DNA of 63,656 nt, the filler included, from Stramenopiles sp. TOSAG23-3 (taxonomy: Eukaryota): assembly GCA_900128585.1 (NCBI GenBank). It is 9 parts of 9 records of this genome, joined end to end, with 100 filler letters (N's around TTAATTAATTAA, not from the genome) between each part and the next. Parts side by side here need not be neighbours in the genome. Positions count along the whole stretch, not along the records: positions 22,651 to 33,832 come from LT642751.1; 8 more parts are not named here. One strand, given 5' to 3'. The first letter of the stretch is position 1; every line of letters begins with the position of its first letter. The translations under genes were made by a program, and so were the position numbers. Below, piece by piece: positions 22,651-33,932 of this stretch. The notes beneath the pieces are model-generated. The model saw only the letters and a program-made list of their open reading frames with translations, did not search any database and was not told the DNA's origin.

Positions 22651-22931
22651 CTTAATGTCATCATCATCACGCGGTGGTGAAGAGAAGTTGTTCTTCTTCT
22701 TTTCTCCTCCTTCTTCATCATCAATATTTAGCTATTATTATTCACTCAATTCTTTCTTTTTTCTTCAATCGTCCTCCTCCTCCGTCCACCAACTCTAAGT
22801 TGAATTCTTACATAACGGCATGTCATCGGCAGCGGGGGCTTTGAAGAAACCGAAACAAGTGACATCCATATTTACGTACGTCCCAGTAAACGCAGTTGAG
22901 TCCGAAGTTTTTTAATTATTATCGCGCCCGA

Positions 22932-24938
22932 ATGTTTTTGCCATGTACATACTTAAGGGGAGTGCTTGCCAGGCAGTCCTTTTTCTTCGGAGCCCACCCC
23001 TTGGCCCGGGCGTCAGCGCTTTACTCAACGGCTGATAAATCAAAATCATCACCCGCTGGTTTAGACATGGAGAAAGCAGGAACCGTTCCTTTTGAAAGGA
23101 TCAGAAATTTTTGTATCATAGCGCACATTGACCACGGAAAGTCTACTTTAGCCGACCGACTTCTCGAGTTGACAGGGAACATCGACAAGGAAACGAAGAA
23201 TAGCCAAGTGCTGGACAGCCTCTCTGTCGAGCGAGAGCGGGGAATCACAGTGAAGGCACAAACGGCGTCCATGCTGTACGACCACGAAGGGGACGGTAGC
23301 GCATACTTGTTGAACTTGATCGATACCCCTGGACACGTAGATTTTTCATTTGAGGTGAGCAGGAGCATAGCGGCGTGCCAGGGCGCGCTTTTGTTAGTGG
23401 ACAGTACCCAAGGCATCCAGGCGCAGACATTGGCCAATTATCGAATTGCCCGCGATGCTGGACTGTCGATAATACCAGTTTTGACCAAGTTAGACTTGCC
23501 TCACAGCGACCCGGCGATGGCAATAGAGCAGATTGAGTCAGCGTTTCAGATCCCCGAGGAGGAAATTATCTGGACGAGCGCGAAAACAGGAGAGGGGGTA
23601 GACGAGATCCTAGACGCCCTTATAAAATACATACCGTCACCGGGCGAATCATACAGCGACAATGCAAAAAAGGAGAGTTTTCAGCTGGACGGATCCTTGC
23701 GGGCAATTGTTGTAGACTCTTGGCACAACAACTATCGTGGGGTGATTGTTTTGATGTCAGTGGTGGATGGCTCACTAAAACGCGGGGACGTAATCGGGAT
23801 GGCGCATTCTGGAAAAAAATACGAAGTGTTGGAGACAGGGCTCTTGTCTCCCGCGCCGATCGTGACCGATGAGCTGCGGAAAGGGCAAGTTGGGTACGTA
23901 GTTGCTGGGATAAAAGATCCGAAAGAAGTTGTTACCGGGGACACGGTCGTCAATGAGGCGACGCTTAAGTCCGCAAATTTTAAAAGGTTGAAGAAAGTTA
24001 CGCCTTCCAAACCAATGCTGTACGCATCCGTCTATCCCACGGATTCCGCGGATTTTGAAAACCTTAGCCGTTCCCTCGACAGGCTGCTGCTAAACGATGC
24101 AAGCGTTAGTGTAACGACTGAAACCAGTGGGGCCCTGGGGCAAGGATTCAGGTGCGGATTTCTTGGGAAGTTGCACATGGAAGTGTTTTACCAGCGATTG
24201 CAGGACGAGTACGCGTCCGAGGTCATCAGCACGGCCCCAATGGTCCCGTTCAAGACAGTGATGAAGGATGGAAGCATTCAGCTCGTGGAAAAACCTAGTG
24301 ATTTGCCTGATCGAACCCATGTGCTGGAATTCTTGGAACCGATGGCACAAGTCACTGTCGTGACCCCACCAGAATATTTGGGCCTGATGATGGAGACACT
24401 TCAGTCCCACAGGGGCAAGCAGTTGGGTATAGAGCATCTGGATACAATGACAACGGTACTGAAGTATGAGTTACCGTGGCAAGAGGTAGTGATAGACCTC
24501 TACGACGAGATAAAATCTCGCTCGAGTGGTTACGCATCGTTTGATTACGAAGAAACCGAGAGCTTGCCTGCTGATATTGTTAGGGTAGACTTGCTGCTGA
24601 ACGGTTCCGCGGTCGACGCTCTCTCTTTTGTTTGCCACCGGTCTGTAGCAGAGACTCGTGGCCGGAGCGTGGGCAAACGGCTGAAAAAGGTCATCAGCCG
24701 GCAGCAGTACGAGGTTGTAATCCAAGCAGCAATTGGAGCGAAAATCATCGCCAGAGAGCGCATCCCCCCATTCCGCAAAGATGTTTTAATAAAGAGCGGA
24801 AAAACTGTAGGTGGTGGCGACGTTTCAAGGAAAAAGAAGTTGTTGGAAAAGCAAAAGAAAGGCAAAAAGAGAATGAAGATGGTAGGGAATGTTGAATTGA
24901 ACCAAGAAGCATTCATGTCTGTCATGAAAAAAGATTAA
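22932..24938 (+). CDS. GUF1: Mitochondrial translation factor GUF1 (LepA/EF4)
   Basis: RNFCIIAHIDHGKSTLADRL, ERERGITVKAQ, LIDTPGHVDF, GFRCGFLG and C-terminal KKLLEKQKKGKKRMK. R/S/A-rich presequence from ATG 22932. Confidence 0.97.
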   Translation: MFLPCTYLRGVLARQSFFFGAHPLARASALYSTADKSKSSPAGLDMEKAGTVPFERIRNFCIIAHIDHGKSTLADRLLELTGNIDKETKNSQVLDSLSVERERGITVKAQTASMLYDHEGDGSAYLLNLIDTPGHVDFSFEVSRSIAACQGALLLVDSTQGIQAQTLANYRIARDAGLSIIPVLTKLDLPHSDPAMAIEQIESAFQIPEEEIIWTSAKTGEGVDEILDALIKYIPSPGESYSDNAKKESFQLDGSLRAIVVDSWHNNYRGVIVLMSVVDGSLKRGDVIGMAHSGKKYEVLETGLLSPAPIVTDELRKGQVGYVVAGIKDPKEVVTGDTVVNEATLKSANFKRLKKVTPSKPMLYASVYPTDSADFENLSRSLDRLLLNDASVSVTTETSGALGQGFRCGFLGKLHMEVFYQRLQDEYASEVISTAPMVPFKTVMKDGSIQLVEKPSDLPDRTHVLEFLEPMAQVTVVTPPEYLGLMMETLQSHRGKQLGIEHLDTMTTVLKYELPWQEVVIDLYDEIKSRSSGYASFDYEETESLPADIVRVDLLLNGSAVDALSFVCHRSVAETRGRSVGKRLKKVISRQQYEVVIQAAIGAKIIARERIPPFRKDVLIKSGKTVGGGDVSRKKKLLEKQKKGKKRMKMVGNVELNQEAFMSVMKKD

Positions 24939-25387
24939 CGTCTGACTGAAGAAAAAGAAAAAAATATCACATTTTATTAATAATATGTTGTTGTCATTTT
25001 TTATTATCAGTAGTAGTAGTCTAGCTAGTAATAAAAAAATAAATATTTATTAATAACCATCATCATCACAGCATCGCGCTTTTTGGGTTTGTTCCTGGTA
25101 CCTGTACCTGGTACATTATTTCTTCTTTTCTTCTTTTTTTTCTCCGCTCTCTCCTCCTTCTTCTTCTCCTTCTTCGTCCTTTTTCGTCCTTCTTCTTCGT
25201 CCTTCTTCTTCGTCCTTCTTCTTCGTCTTTCTCTTCATACGTCTCACCAACTTTTTTCTTTCGGTGAAAAATTTATCGAAGGGATAGTCTCAACGAAAAA
25301 GTGCATTCTCATTGATAACGCTGTTTTTGATTTTAGTGCACCTATGGCCGCACTTCTGTTTAAAGGACATTTGGCGTGCAGCATATT

Positions 25388-27304
25388 ATGAAGCGAAAAC
25401 GTCAAGTAGATTTCACCGCGCTTTTGAAAGAAGCGAACGAAAAAATCTGTCGGGGGGATGCAGCAGACGGTCGTTCAACTTTACAAAGTATAATTCGTTC
25501 GGCAAAGTTACCCGGGGAAGATGTTCGTCAAATCGCAATGTACACGATGGCAATATTAGAATTATGTTCCAACAGACCTGGTAGTGAAGAGGCTGCTGAC
25601 AAATTGCTGCAGCAGTTAGGGTTTCGGTTCAGGTTGAACGCTCTTGTGTTTTTCGACCAAGAGAACAAACGTGGTGCTGTGCAAAAGTTGCCCACAAAAT
25701 TTTTAGTCAGTGCGGTCGACAGCGCGATTCCAAGGCCCATACTAAACACGTTCAAGCTATTTTTCAACAAGTCAAGCCCGTTTTGGCACGAGCACGGATA
25801 TGGCGAAAGTTCTGGATATTTTTCGTACCACATTCCCAACATAAAGTCAAAGTCAAAGGAGACACGCCCTTCCGTGGGTATATTGGACTGTATTTTCGAG
25901 TTGATAGCAGATTATATTTATCCCATGGTTTGCCAGTCTTTTCCAGAAAAAGCTGAAGGTATTCAGCATGCGGAGTGGTGGTGCCATTCACGAGACAAAA
26001 TGTCTGGGCACCAGCTGCATTATGATACCGACGAAATTAGCCTAACGAAACACCACAAGCTTCAGTTTCCAATCGTGTCAACCGTGTGGTACATCTGCCC
26101 AGGATCTTCTGGCGCACCTACTTTAATTTCGAACAAATATTTTGGAGAAAATCCTATGCATTCAGAAGGGTGGCTTGTTCACCCTAAAGAGAACAGGCTT
26201 GCCATGTTTGACGGGCAGCTGCTGCATGGAGTTGTACCGCACATGATGGGGTGCACCGAGGGAGACACTGAATCTGGCGCAGAGAGACTGACTTTTATGG
26301 TTGGTTTCTGGGGAGAAGGAGTAAATGTTGTTCCATTTCGTTCGGAAAAACCGACCGCCAACATGAAAATGCCCCATGGAAATACATTAAAGTCATCATT
26401 GAAGTGGGCTAATTTGAAAAGCGAAGCTGTTGGGGACGCGGATAAATCAATGGAACCAGCCACTGTGAACGTGCCAACCGTTCCACAGCCCCTTTGGGTG
26501 GAGATAGAAGAGAAAAAGGGCGCAGTTGGAAAACAAGACTCCAGCGAAGTTGCTTTTGTTGGAAAGTATTTTTTGCGCGAACTTTCGGAATTGGACTCGG
26601 ACGTTGCCTCGATGTTGCCCGAACCTTCCGAGGACGAGATGGAGACGATCATTGCGTCGGGCGAAGCTGGCGCAAAGTGCGCATTTTTATTGAACAAGAC
26701 GCTTTGCGTACTGTTCGAGTGGATAAAAGATGGCCGATACCTGGAAGAATCGGGCGAGAAACTCCTATTGCTGACATCAAAGAGTGCTGCAGTGTGCGAG
26801 AAGATTGTTACCAGCAAGGCTTGGCATGACCTTTTCGTAGTTCTGTTTAATAGTGAACGTGAAGTAGAAATGTTGGCAGGGTGTTGTTGGAACCTGTTCA
26901 AACACATTCATTTTCGTGCTAGCACTGACGGGTACAGTGTATTCCAATCGCCAGAACTACTTGCTTGTCTGAAAAGTAAGGCTGCTTCAGAAGTGCATGA
27001 GAGCCAATTTATGATTGCGGGGTGTTTTGCTTACTGTCCCAAGTCCTTCTTCTCAAAGGAGAGGGGTCTGATTGGTTTTGTAGTCGGTACTTTGGCCACT
27101 CGTTTGAAAGACGAATACATCGGTTGTTGTGGGGAAGAAAGTGAGGGGAGTGAAGACATTGAGGACATTGAGTATGCTCTCCGTTCGTTCTTTGAGTGTA
27201 TGTCGGGAGAGACCGAGGAGACGGAAAAGTTACGACAGTTGTTTCTTGGTATTATCTCAGAAGAGCTCTACGAACTGCACCAGCACAAATTTGGTCTTGC
27301 ATAG
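25388..27304 (+). CDS. 2OG-Fe(II) oxygenase-like protein with helical N- and C-terminal regions
   Basis: AEWWCH, LHYDTDE (HxD), STVWYI, FDGQLLHGV (distal His) and RLTFMVGFW (2OG-binding Arg). Confidence 0.75.
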   Translation: MKRKRQVDFTALLKEANEKICRGDAADGRSTLQSIIRSAKLPGEDVRQIAMYTMAILELCSNRPGSEEAADKLLQQLGFRFRLNALVFFDQENKRGAVQKLPTKFLVSAVDSAIPRPILNTFKLFFNKSSPFWHEHGYGESSGYFSYHIPNIKSKSKETRPSVGILDCIFELIADYIYPMVCQSFPEKAEGIQHAEWWCHSRDKMSGHQLHYDTDEISLTKHHKLQFPIVSTVWYICPGSSGAPTLISNKYFGENPMHSEGWLVHPKENRLAMFDGQLLHGVVPHMMGCTEGDTESGAERLTFMVGFWGEGVNVVPFRSEKPTANMKMPHGNTLKSSLKWANLKSEAVGDADKSMEPATVNVPTVPQPLWVEIEEKKGAVGKQDSSEVAFVGKYFLRELSELDSDVASMLPEPSEDEMETIIASGEAGAKCAFLLNKTLCVLFEWIKDGRYLEESGEKLLLLTSKSAAVCEKIVTSKAWHDLFVVLFNSEREVEMLAGCCWNLFKHIHFRASTDGYSVFQSPELLACLKSKAASEVHESQFMIAGCFAYCPKSFFSKERGLIGFVVGTLATRLKDEYIGCCGEESEGSEDIEDIEYALRSFFECMSGETEETEKLRQLFLGIISEELYELHQHKFGLA

Positions 27305-27507
27305 TCGTGCATAAAATGGGTCTACAAAACGTACGATACGCGGAAAGTAAGGCGCGCAGAAAGCAGGGTCTATTTTGTGTGTGTGTACACAATATAAATA
27401 CGAATTGCGAGTGCACATATTTTTGACATTAAACAGTTTGGATACGACCGTAGAAATTTAAAGAATTCTTACTAAAACAGCGCCGAGGGCCTCTTTCGCA
27501 ACCTTTT

Positions 27508-28467
27508 TTATTTTTTCGAACCTGCCGAGCTCGCTCGCCCGCCTCCAAAGTTTTTCAAAATGACCTTTTGGATCCTGTCCATGGACACCTTCATAGACTC
27601 CAAGGTTATGGTATCGTTTGCCTTCCTATCTGCAATACAAGTCGTTAGCAACCCTTTGCATTCTTGAATTTGGGTCATAAAAGGAGCATAAAAATCTTCT
27701 TCACACCTGTCCCAGACACGATTTCGTTCGTCGATCAATTCTTCCAGTATGCGCTGTGCTCGAATTCTAGTCTTCGTTTCCTGCTCAAAATCATCTTTTG
27801 TACTCACTTGGTGCTCCTCAAATCGTTCAATTATTTTCTGTTCTCGTTTCATTAATTTAGTGTTATCAATGTCGAATGTTTCTCTCGCCTTTTTCAAATG
27901 CCTTGTCACCTCTCCTTGCTGCTTTTCGATGACCTCAGGAACGACAATATCGACAAAGTGGCGAAAATCTTGGTACCACGCGTCGTACCGTTGGCCGACC
28001 GTACCGTTCTCCCAAGTCTGCACATGGATGGCCTTGCACTTTTCGTCAAGCTTCGTCAAAAAATCTTCTGTCAGTACAGCCAGTTTAGCAGAGACCGCAA
28101 CACGTATGGCAGCGTCCTCTCTTTCGCGTGCTTCGGTTTCTTCAGCACACCTAGTTTCCCAGCGCTTTATGCGTTCATGGAGGGCCACGCACCTTTGATC
28201 AAACGCACGGTTCTTTGCAATTGCCTGGGCACGCAAGTAGGTCTGGTTCGATTGTAACTTTTCTGCTTCTTCGGTTATATGGTCATAACGCTTCGATTTT
28301 TTCGTGTTCGGGGAAGCCGCCATTACAACCTCCTTCGTTTTCCCCGCAGGCGCAGGAATTGACAAGGTGTTTGCCAGCGGGTTGCTCGTCTCTTCATATT
28401 TACTTCCCCCAGCCGCACCTTCGTCATACTTCTGGGAGAAGTTAAGGTTCAGGTCAGTGTCTGCCAT
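27508..28467 (-). CDS. SF-assemblin/beta-giardin-like segmented coiled-coil protein
   Basis: Pro-containing head followed by a long coiled coil ending RKANDTITLESMKVSMDRIQKVI, resembling the SF-assemblin C-terminus. First ATG at 28467. Confidence 0.55.
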   Translation of the reverse strand: MADTDLNLNFSQKYDEGAAGGSKYEETSNPLANTLSIPAPAGKTKEVVMAASPNTKKSKRYDHITEEAEKLQSNQTYLRAQAIAKNRAFDQRCVALHERIKRWETRCAEETEAREREDAAIRVAVSAKLAVLTEDFLTKLDEKCKAIHVQTWENGTVGQRYDAWYQDFRHFVDIVVPEVIEKQQGEVTRHLKKARETFDIDNTKLMKREQKIIERFEEHQVSTKDDFEQETKTRIRAQRILEELIDERNRVWDRCEEDFYAPFMTQIQECKGLLTTCIADRKANDTITLESMKVSMDRIQKVILKNFGGGRASSAGSKK

Positions 28468-29549
28468 TTGCTTGTATTCTCTTTCGTCCCTATAGTGCCA
28501 CAAACTCTCAGGGTAAGTTCCGCCCGGAATATGCCCGTTTACGAAATACAATTCGCAACAAGTACGTATGAGAAAGACAAACTATTCATATACATGTCTC
28601 CGATTGTCTATCTATACCTACGTTTTATCTAATTATATTACTCTTTTATTCAATTTTTTAAAATCATCAGTTTGTTTCCTTTCCTCTCCCTTCCTCTTCT
28701 TCTCCTCCTTCCGCCGATAATAATAAGAAAAATGGATTGCTTTTTATTTTACTGTTTATTAAAACAGTAGTATAAATATAGTCTATGTACATTATTACGC
28801 CTATATAAGAGAGGAGTATAACACATTTTTTATGGACACACAAACAAGATCGATTAAAAAATGTTCAACTGATAGATAACATCGATTTCCATATTGTGTG
28901 CGTGTATTGTATAATATGTAATAAATAGACTAAGCAATTTATTTTTATTAAAAATAATTTAAAAAAAAAAAAAGTGAATAACGACGTTATACAAACACAC
29001 TCGTTGTCTTCTAGTACATTATTATAGTAGTCTAATTGAGTCGGCTGGGCCTATTAGAGCAACTCGAGTTCCACTCTCAGTTCTCAGTCCGGTTTGATTA
29101 GTACTATAAAACCCTAATCCAAACTATATGATTCAGCCTGTGCTCTTCTCCATAAAAAAAAATACTATCCCCATTCATGCCCATTATTATTAATTATTAA
29201 ATATTTTATTATTATTATAAATATAGCACTTCTTTTTATTATATATCGTACCGGTACGAAGTACGACGAAGTAGGAAATACGACACTTTGAAATTTGTTT
29301 TTAATAAAAATAAATAAATAATAATATTTTAGACTGTTGTATTAGCTCTATAATTAATAATAATTTTTTTATTGAAATAATCTATTATTGTGTTATGGAC
29401 GGAGGAGAGTAAAAAAGTTGGTGAACAAAGCATCGAAAATCATTTTTCATTTTACATTTTACATTACGCATGTTACATTCTACAATTCGTTTTTTATTTA
29501 GAATGAAAGAAAAACGTCACCGACGGGGTAACGGAAATTGCACGCGACT

Positions 29550-30365
29550 ATGTTGCGAAAAATACTTGGTTCGAAGGCCATCAAGACCACGGAGTCAGCA
29601 GTTTCAAAAACTATACAGTCGTTTAACCATAGCGTAGGGCTTTCCCCGGTAAAGGTAGACCGTCTCAAACAAGCTGTAGAAGTTCATGAAAAATCGTTTA
29701 ATTTTGCAAAGCAGGAGCTCGCATCACATCGTCGGGGATATGAGAAAGCAGTGACTAATAGAAGCAAGGTTCAGGCGGAGATTAATTCTTTGCTACAGAG
29801 AAAACAAGACTGGAACAATAATGACCTTTCTCGTTGCACCGAGTGCTACCAGAAAGAGCACACGCTGACAATTCTAGAAGAAGAGGCAAAGCTTGCGTGC
29901 GCAAAGCAGGAACAGAAAGTCGAATTGATGCAAAATCAATTTTTAGGTGCTCTTCGCTCGGTATACCAGGAAGAAACCGCGCTTTCTCAGAGAGCTAAGA
30001 TTTTGAGTTCTTATTTTACTTGGGGCTTAATCTTCTTGAACTCTAGCATTTTTTTAGTTTCTACATTGCTGATTGAGCCTAAGAAGAGGGAGCAGGGAGA
30101 AATTCGTTTGAAGAAAATGATTCGAGAAGAAAACTCGCAGCGGCAGAATCAGACGATAGGGACGTTGGGTGAAATAAAAAAATCACTTACAGATCTGTGT
30201 ATCGCACAGACGAAAATAGTGCCGACAGAATGGGATAGCAGCGAAGAAGAGGAAATCGGCATCAGCAGTTCTGCCCTGGATTTTGAGAAGTATCAGCCTC
30301 AGGCCGTTGCATTTTTCATTGGTGGGGCCGTGACGTATTTTCTTTTGACGTTGCCATCTCCGTAA
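29550..30365 (+). CDS. She9/Mdm33 family mitochondrial inner-membrane protein
   Basis: QAEINSLLQRKQDWNNNDL..YQKEH and YQEE..SSYFTWGLIFLN..IEPKKR match recalled She9/Mdm33 blocks; two TM segments. Confidence 0.85.
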   Translation: MLRKILGSKAIKTTESAVSKTIQSFNHSVGLSPVKVDRLKQAVEVHEKSFNFAKQELASHRRGYEKAVTNRSKVQAEINSLLQRKQDWNNNDLSRCTECYQKEHTLTILEEEAKLACAKQEQKVELMQNQFLGALRSVYQEETALSQRAKILSSYFTWGLIFLNSSIFLVSTLLIEPKKREQGEIRLKKMIREENSQRQNQTIGTLGEIKKSLTDLCIAQTKIVPTEWDSSEEEEIGISSSALDFEKYQPQAVAFFIGGAVTYFLLTLPSP

Positions 30366-30506
30366 AAAAGCGTCTCGGAGGCTATCTTTTGCGCGAGCTT
30401 ATTGCATACACCCTGTAAATTCTCTAAAATAAAAAAGTAAGTGAACACATTTTAGAAACTTTTTAATTCATTTTTTACTACTTCGTACCGGATTTACCGA
30501 AAAAGA

Positions 30507-33500
30507 TCAGAGAGGAGGACTGATCACTATAACGGTGTCATCTTTCAAAACCATTGAAGTTCTGACTGGGCACGTGTAAAGGTACGGCAACTTGCTATCT
30601 CCATTTACATTCTTCTTGTGTCTGTCTCGACTTACTTCCTCTTGAAAAAACAATCTTGAGGTTCCTAAATATACACTCTTTCCATGGCGATAGATTCCAA
30701 GCGGGATGCTTTTCTCTGACTGAACAAAATAGTCAAACAGCTGGTCAAATGGAAGGTTCACAAATTCACTCGGTACTGGGACTTGCTTCAAGATCGGCTT
30801 CTTGGAAAGCCCAAGAGCACTTTCTGTTCTTTCTCTTTTCTTCCCTGTGAACGATTTCTGGTCTCTTGCTGTAAAATTAATTTTCCTTCTTGCAATATTG
30901 TGGTTCTCTGACTCATTTGCAGGTGGAGAAGAAGCGATAGATAACCCTCGTTTAACACTGAAAGTTCCGTCGCCTCCAATCAAAGTTCGAAAAACAGTAA
31001 TAATGTACGGGTTGTACCACGATTGGGCAACAGCGCGGTCGATAATGGACGCATGAAAAATATAGCCCGCAGCAAATAGGGGCGACATGAAGTACGCATG
31101 TTCTTGAAAGAACAATCTATACATTTTCTCAAGCGAACTTATCTGTTTATTTGAAGGGGAGTTAAACGCATACTCCGGTCTTAAAAACCGACAATTAGAT
31201 ATGTTCTTGATTTCTGCAGTCACACCGGACAAATTGCGCACTTCGTAGAGTCCCAGAAGCGTTGTGATATGGTCGTAGTCCACCTCGGCAACGTCTAGGG
31301 TATTCTTCTTCCACGGCACCAAATCTGATTCGTAGGTCCCCGCTCGCCCAAACGATTCGGTTTTCTTCTTGTAAGAAAGCATGGACAAGTGATAGGCATT
31401 TTTGACACCTGCAGCTAGAAGAACAGAGTAGTCGCATGGGTCTCCAATAAACCAATACAAGTCCGAAAAGTGTGATATAATGTCCCAATCTTCTTGCAAA
31501 GGAAGGTGTTTTCCTATTATTACGATTGGACGCATGGCCATAGTTTTCACTCGAAGCTTCGAAATGATGTGAAATATTGCCTCTATTTTGTTCCCCATAA
31601 AGGATAGGAGTATATGACCTTCGAAATCTACCTTTTTCAAAACTACGTTTTCGAGCTTGCGTTCTGAGCCTTCCAAGTGCAGTTCATCTGGTTTATAAAT
31701 TGAAAGCGACTCAGGAACCAACGGCTCATGAGCATTAAAGCGCTCAAAATTTCTACTTCTCTTCCATTGGGTTGAATTAGCAGGCGTGCTGGTCTTCGAT
31801 CGCATACTAAGTCGTCTAATAGGGTGGTTAACAGCCTTGAATTTCTCCGCATTCGAAGTCGACGTCTGACGAAAGATGCTTTCGGTAGATGCCCAAGAAA
31901 AAGTATTCATTAGATCATCCGAAACAGACGGACTGTTTATGCTGCTAGGGCGCCGTTTTTTCAGCACTGACCCAGGCATCGCGCGTTCCTTGGCAGCATT
32001 TGATGAGTAAAAATCAGAATCTTTACTCACACCCAACGAGTTCGACGAAAAACCAGCCTTTACGTTTTTTAAAAAACTTGCATCGAAAGTAAACGCATTG
32101 TTGAGGGGTTGATTATCAGGTTCATCACCATCACCGTTGCTGCTACCTTGCGCAGTGCTTGCCGCATTGTGGTGCTCTTCTCGAAAAATCATTGCTGCGC
32201 TAGCATACAGCTTGTTAATTTGGTTTATATGAGCTGCACCACGAGCTACAAAAAAACCAATTTCCCCCATATTTAAACGGGTGTTGCACGGGTTCAAGAG
32301 AATCTGTCCTTCTCGCGCTACTCCGATTAGAATGGAACCGAACTGAGAATACACTACTCGTGCGACGGTGGTGAATTTTTGACAATGAAAATGGCTTCCA
32401 AGCACTAAAGGATATATTTCAAACCCGATTCCCCACTGATATTCTAACGATGCGTTTTTTGAGACCTTTTCTTCGTCTATATTTAAATCATACGATCGAA
32501 GTAGGTTGGCCAATAAAGGTATTGCGCCTGGACAAATAATATTGGCAACAGTAATTTGTTGCTTAACAAGTCCGATGGAAAACACTTCACCTTTTGCACC
32601 AATTGCCCAACGTAATCGACGGGCATTTTTTGAAGAATCGCTGTCAATCACCGAAGCAAATATTTCAAGATTTGGGTTGAGTTTACGAACGATGGATGCT
32701 CCCAAGACTACACTAGCATCTTCCCGTGCAGGGTACCTCGCATCCTTGTCAGCAATAAGGAAACAAGCTACTGCCGATTTTACCTTTGCCCTGTGCAAGT
32801 CTGCTTCCACCAGCGTCGATCCTATCAATAAGGACACTCTCCCCCTGAGCCAATGGCCTCTAATGATCGATTTGATCAATGGCGAAGGTTTCTCTGGAAC
32901 CATAATGCACATCGGCAAGTCCTGCTTTCCGTGGCTCATACCATAAATTTCGTGCAAGAATTCAAGCAAGGCTCGAGAACTTAATTTCCCACAGAGCAAG
33001 ATGTGCCCGTCGGCAGCAAGGCTCTTGTAGCGCTTGTTTCTAGTCTCGATCTGGCGCATTTTCCTCAGCTTTTCCATTTGCTGCGGAAGAACAAAAGCAA
33101 TAGCAATCAAAGTAAAGGACATGAACATTTGTCCAAGGAGAGTTTCCGGTTTCACGTCACCATATCCTACTGTGGAGAAGGTAATCACGAAAAAATAGAG
33201 GGCAGAGAAAAACCCTAAATTCTGGCTGTACTCAATTTGCAGAAATATCCCAGCCGAACAGAACAATATGCAGCTGGAAAGGTACATTATTCGATAATGA
33301 CGATGAGAGTAATGCACAAAGAATCGTTGAATTACTTGCCAGCTCTGCAGAATCCGCAACACCCGGCAAACGCGCACCACACGCAAGAACGTTTCGGCAA
33401 CCGGATCTTCCCAGTTCGTGTTCTCAACAGCAATGCTGGAGGTTGTGGTGGCGCCCTGACTGCTGTTTACCGGCAATTCTGTGCGTCCGCTTTTCAGCGA

Positions 33501-33832
33501 AACGTAATCAGCCAAAAACAAAAAGTCAACAAAAACCGGAAGAATTGTTACCAAATCTACCAAGCTGACAAAAGAGAGCACGAATTTGGACCGTATTTCC
33601 GCCAAGAACAACGAGAGGAAGTAGTCAAACAGGAAAAATAGACCAATGATAATTTCAATCACTAGAATTGCAAGGCTACCCCGTTCAAGGCTTTTGTCAT
33701 AAGTTTCCGCCACAAAAATTATAGCTGCAGTAAAGGAAAAGGAGGCTTGGATTACATCTAAAGTTTTATCGTAACCTTTTTCGTGCATAAAATCTAAAAG
33801 ACGCTCCCGCAAGCTTCCTCTATATTCGACCC
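30507..33832 (-). CDS. Slo/BK-family K+ channel (6TM plus two RCK domains); 5'-truncated
   Basis: S4 FLRVVRVCRVLRIL, filter STVGYGD, RCK1 HILLCG..DLHRAKVKSAVACF, RCK2 GHILL, PLFAAG and PLGIYR. Frame is open to the contig edge. Confidence 0.93.
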
Positions 33833-33932
33833 NNNNNNNNNNNNNNNNNNNNNNNNNNNNNNNNNNNNNNNNNNNNTTAATTAATTAANNNNNNNNNNNN
33901 NNNNNNNNNNNNNNNNNNNNNNNNNNNNNNNN
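33833..33932. other. Artificial contig linker
   Basis: N44-TTAATTAATTAA-N44. Confidence 0.99.

Noticed and set aside
9730..33832. Apparent cluster of Ca2+/K+ excitability genes (Kv-EF, NCX, Slo)
   Set aside because: They lie on three different contigs, so there is no evidence of linkage.
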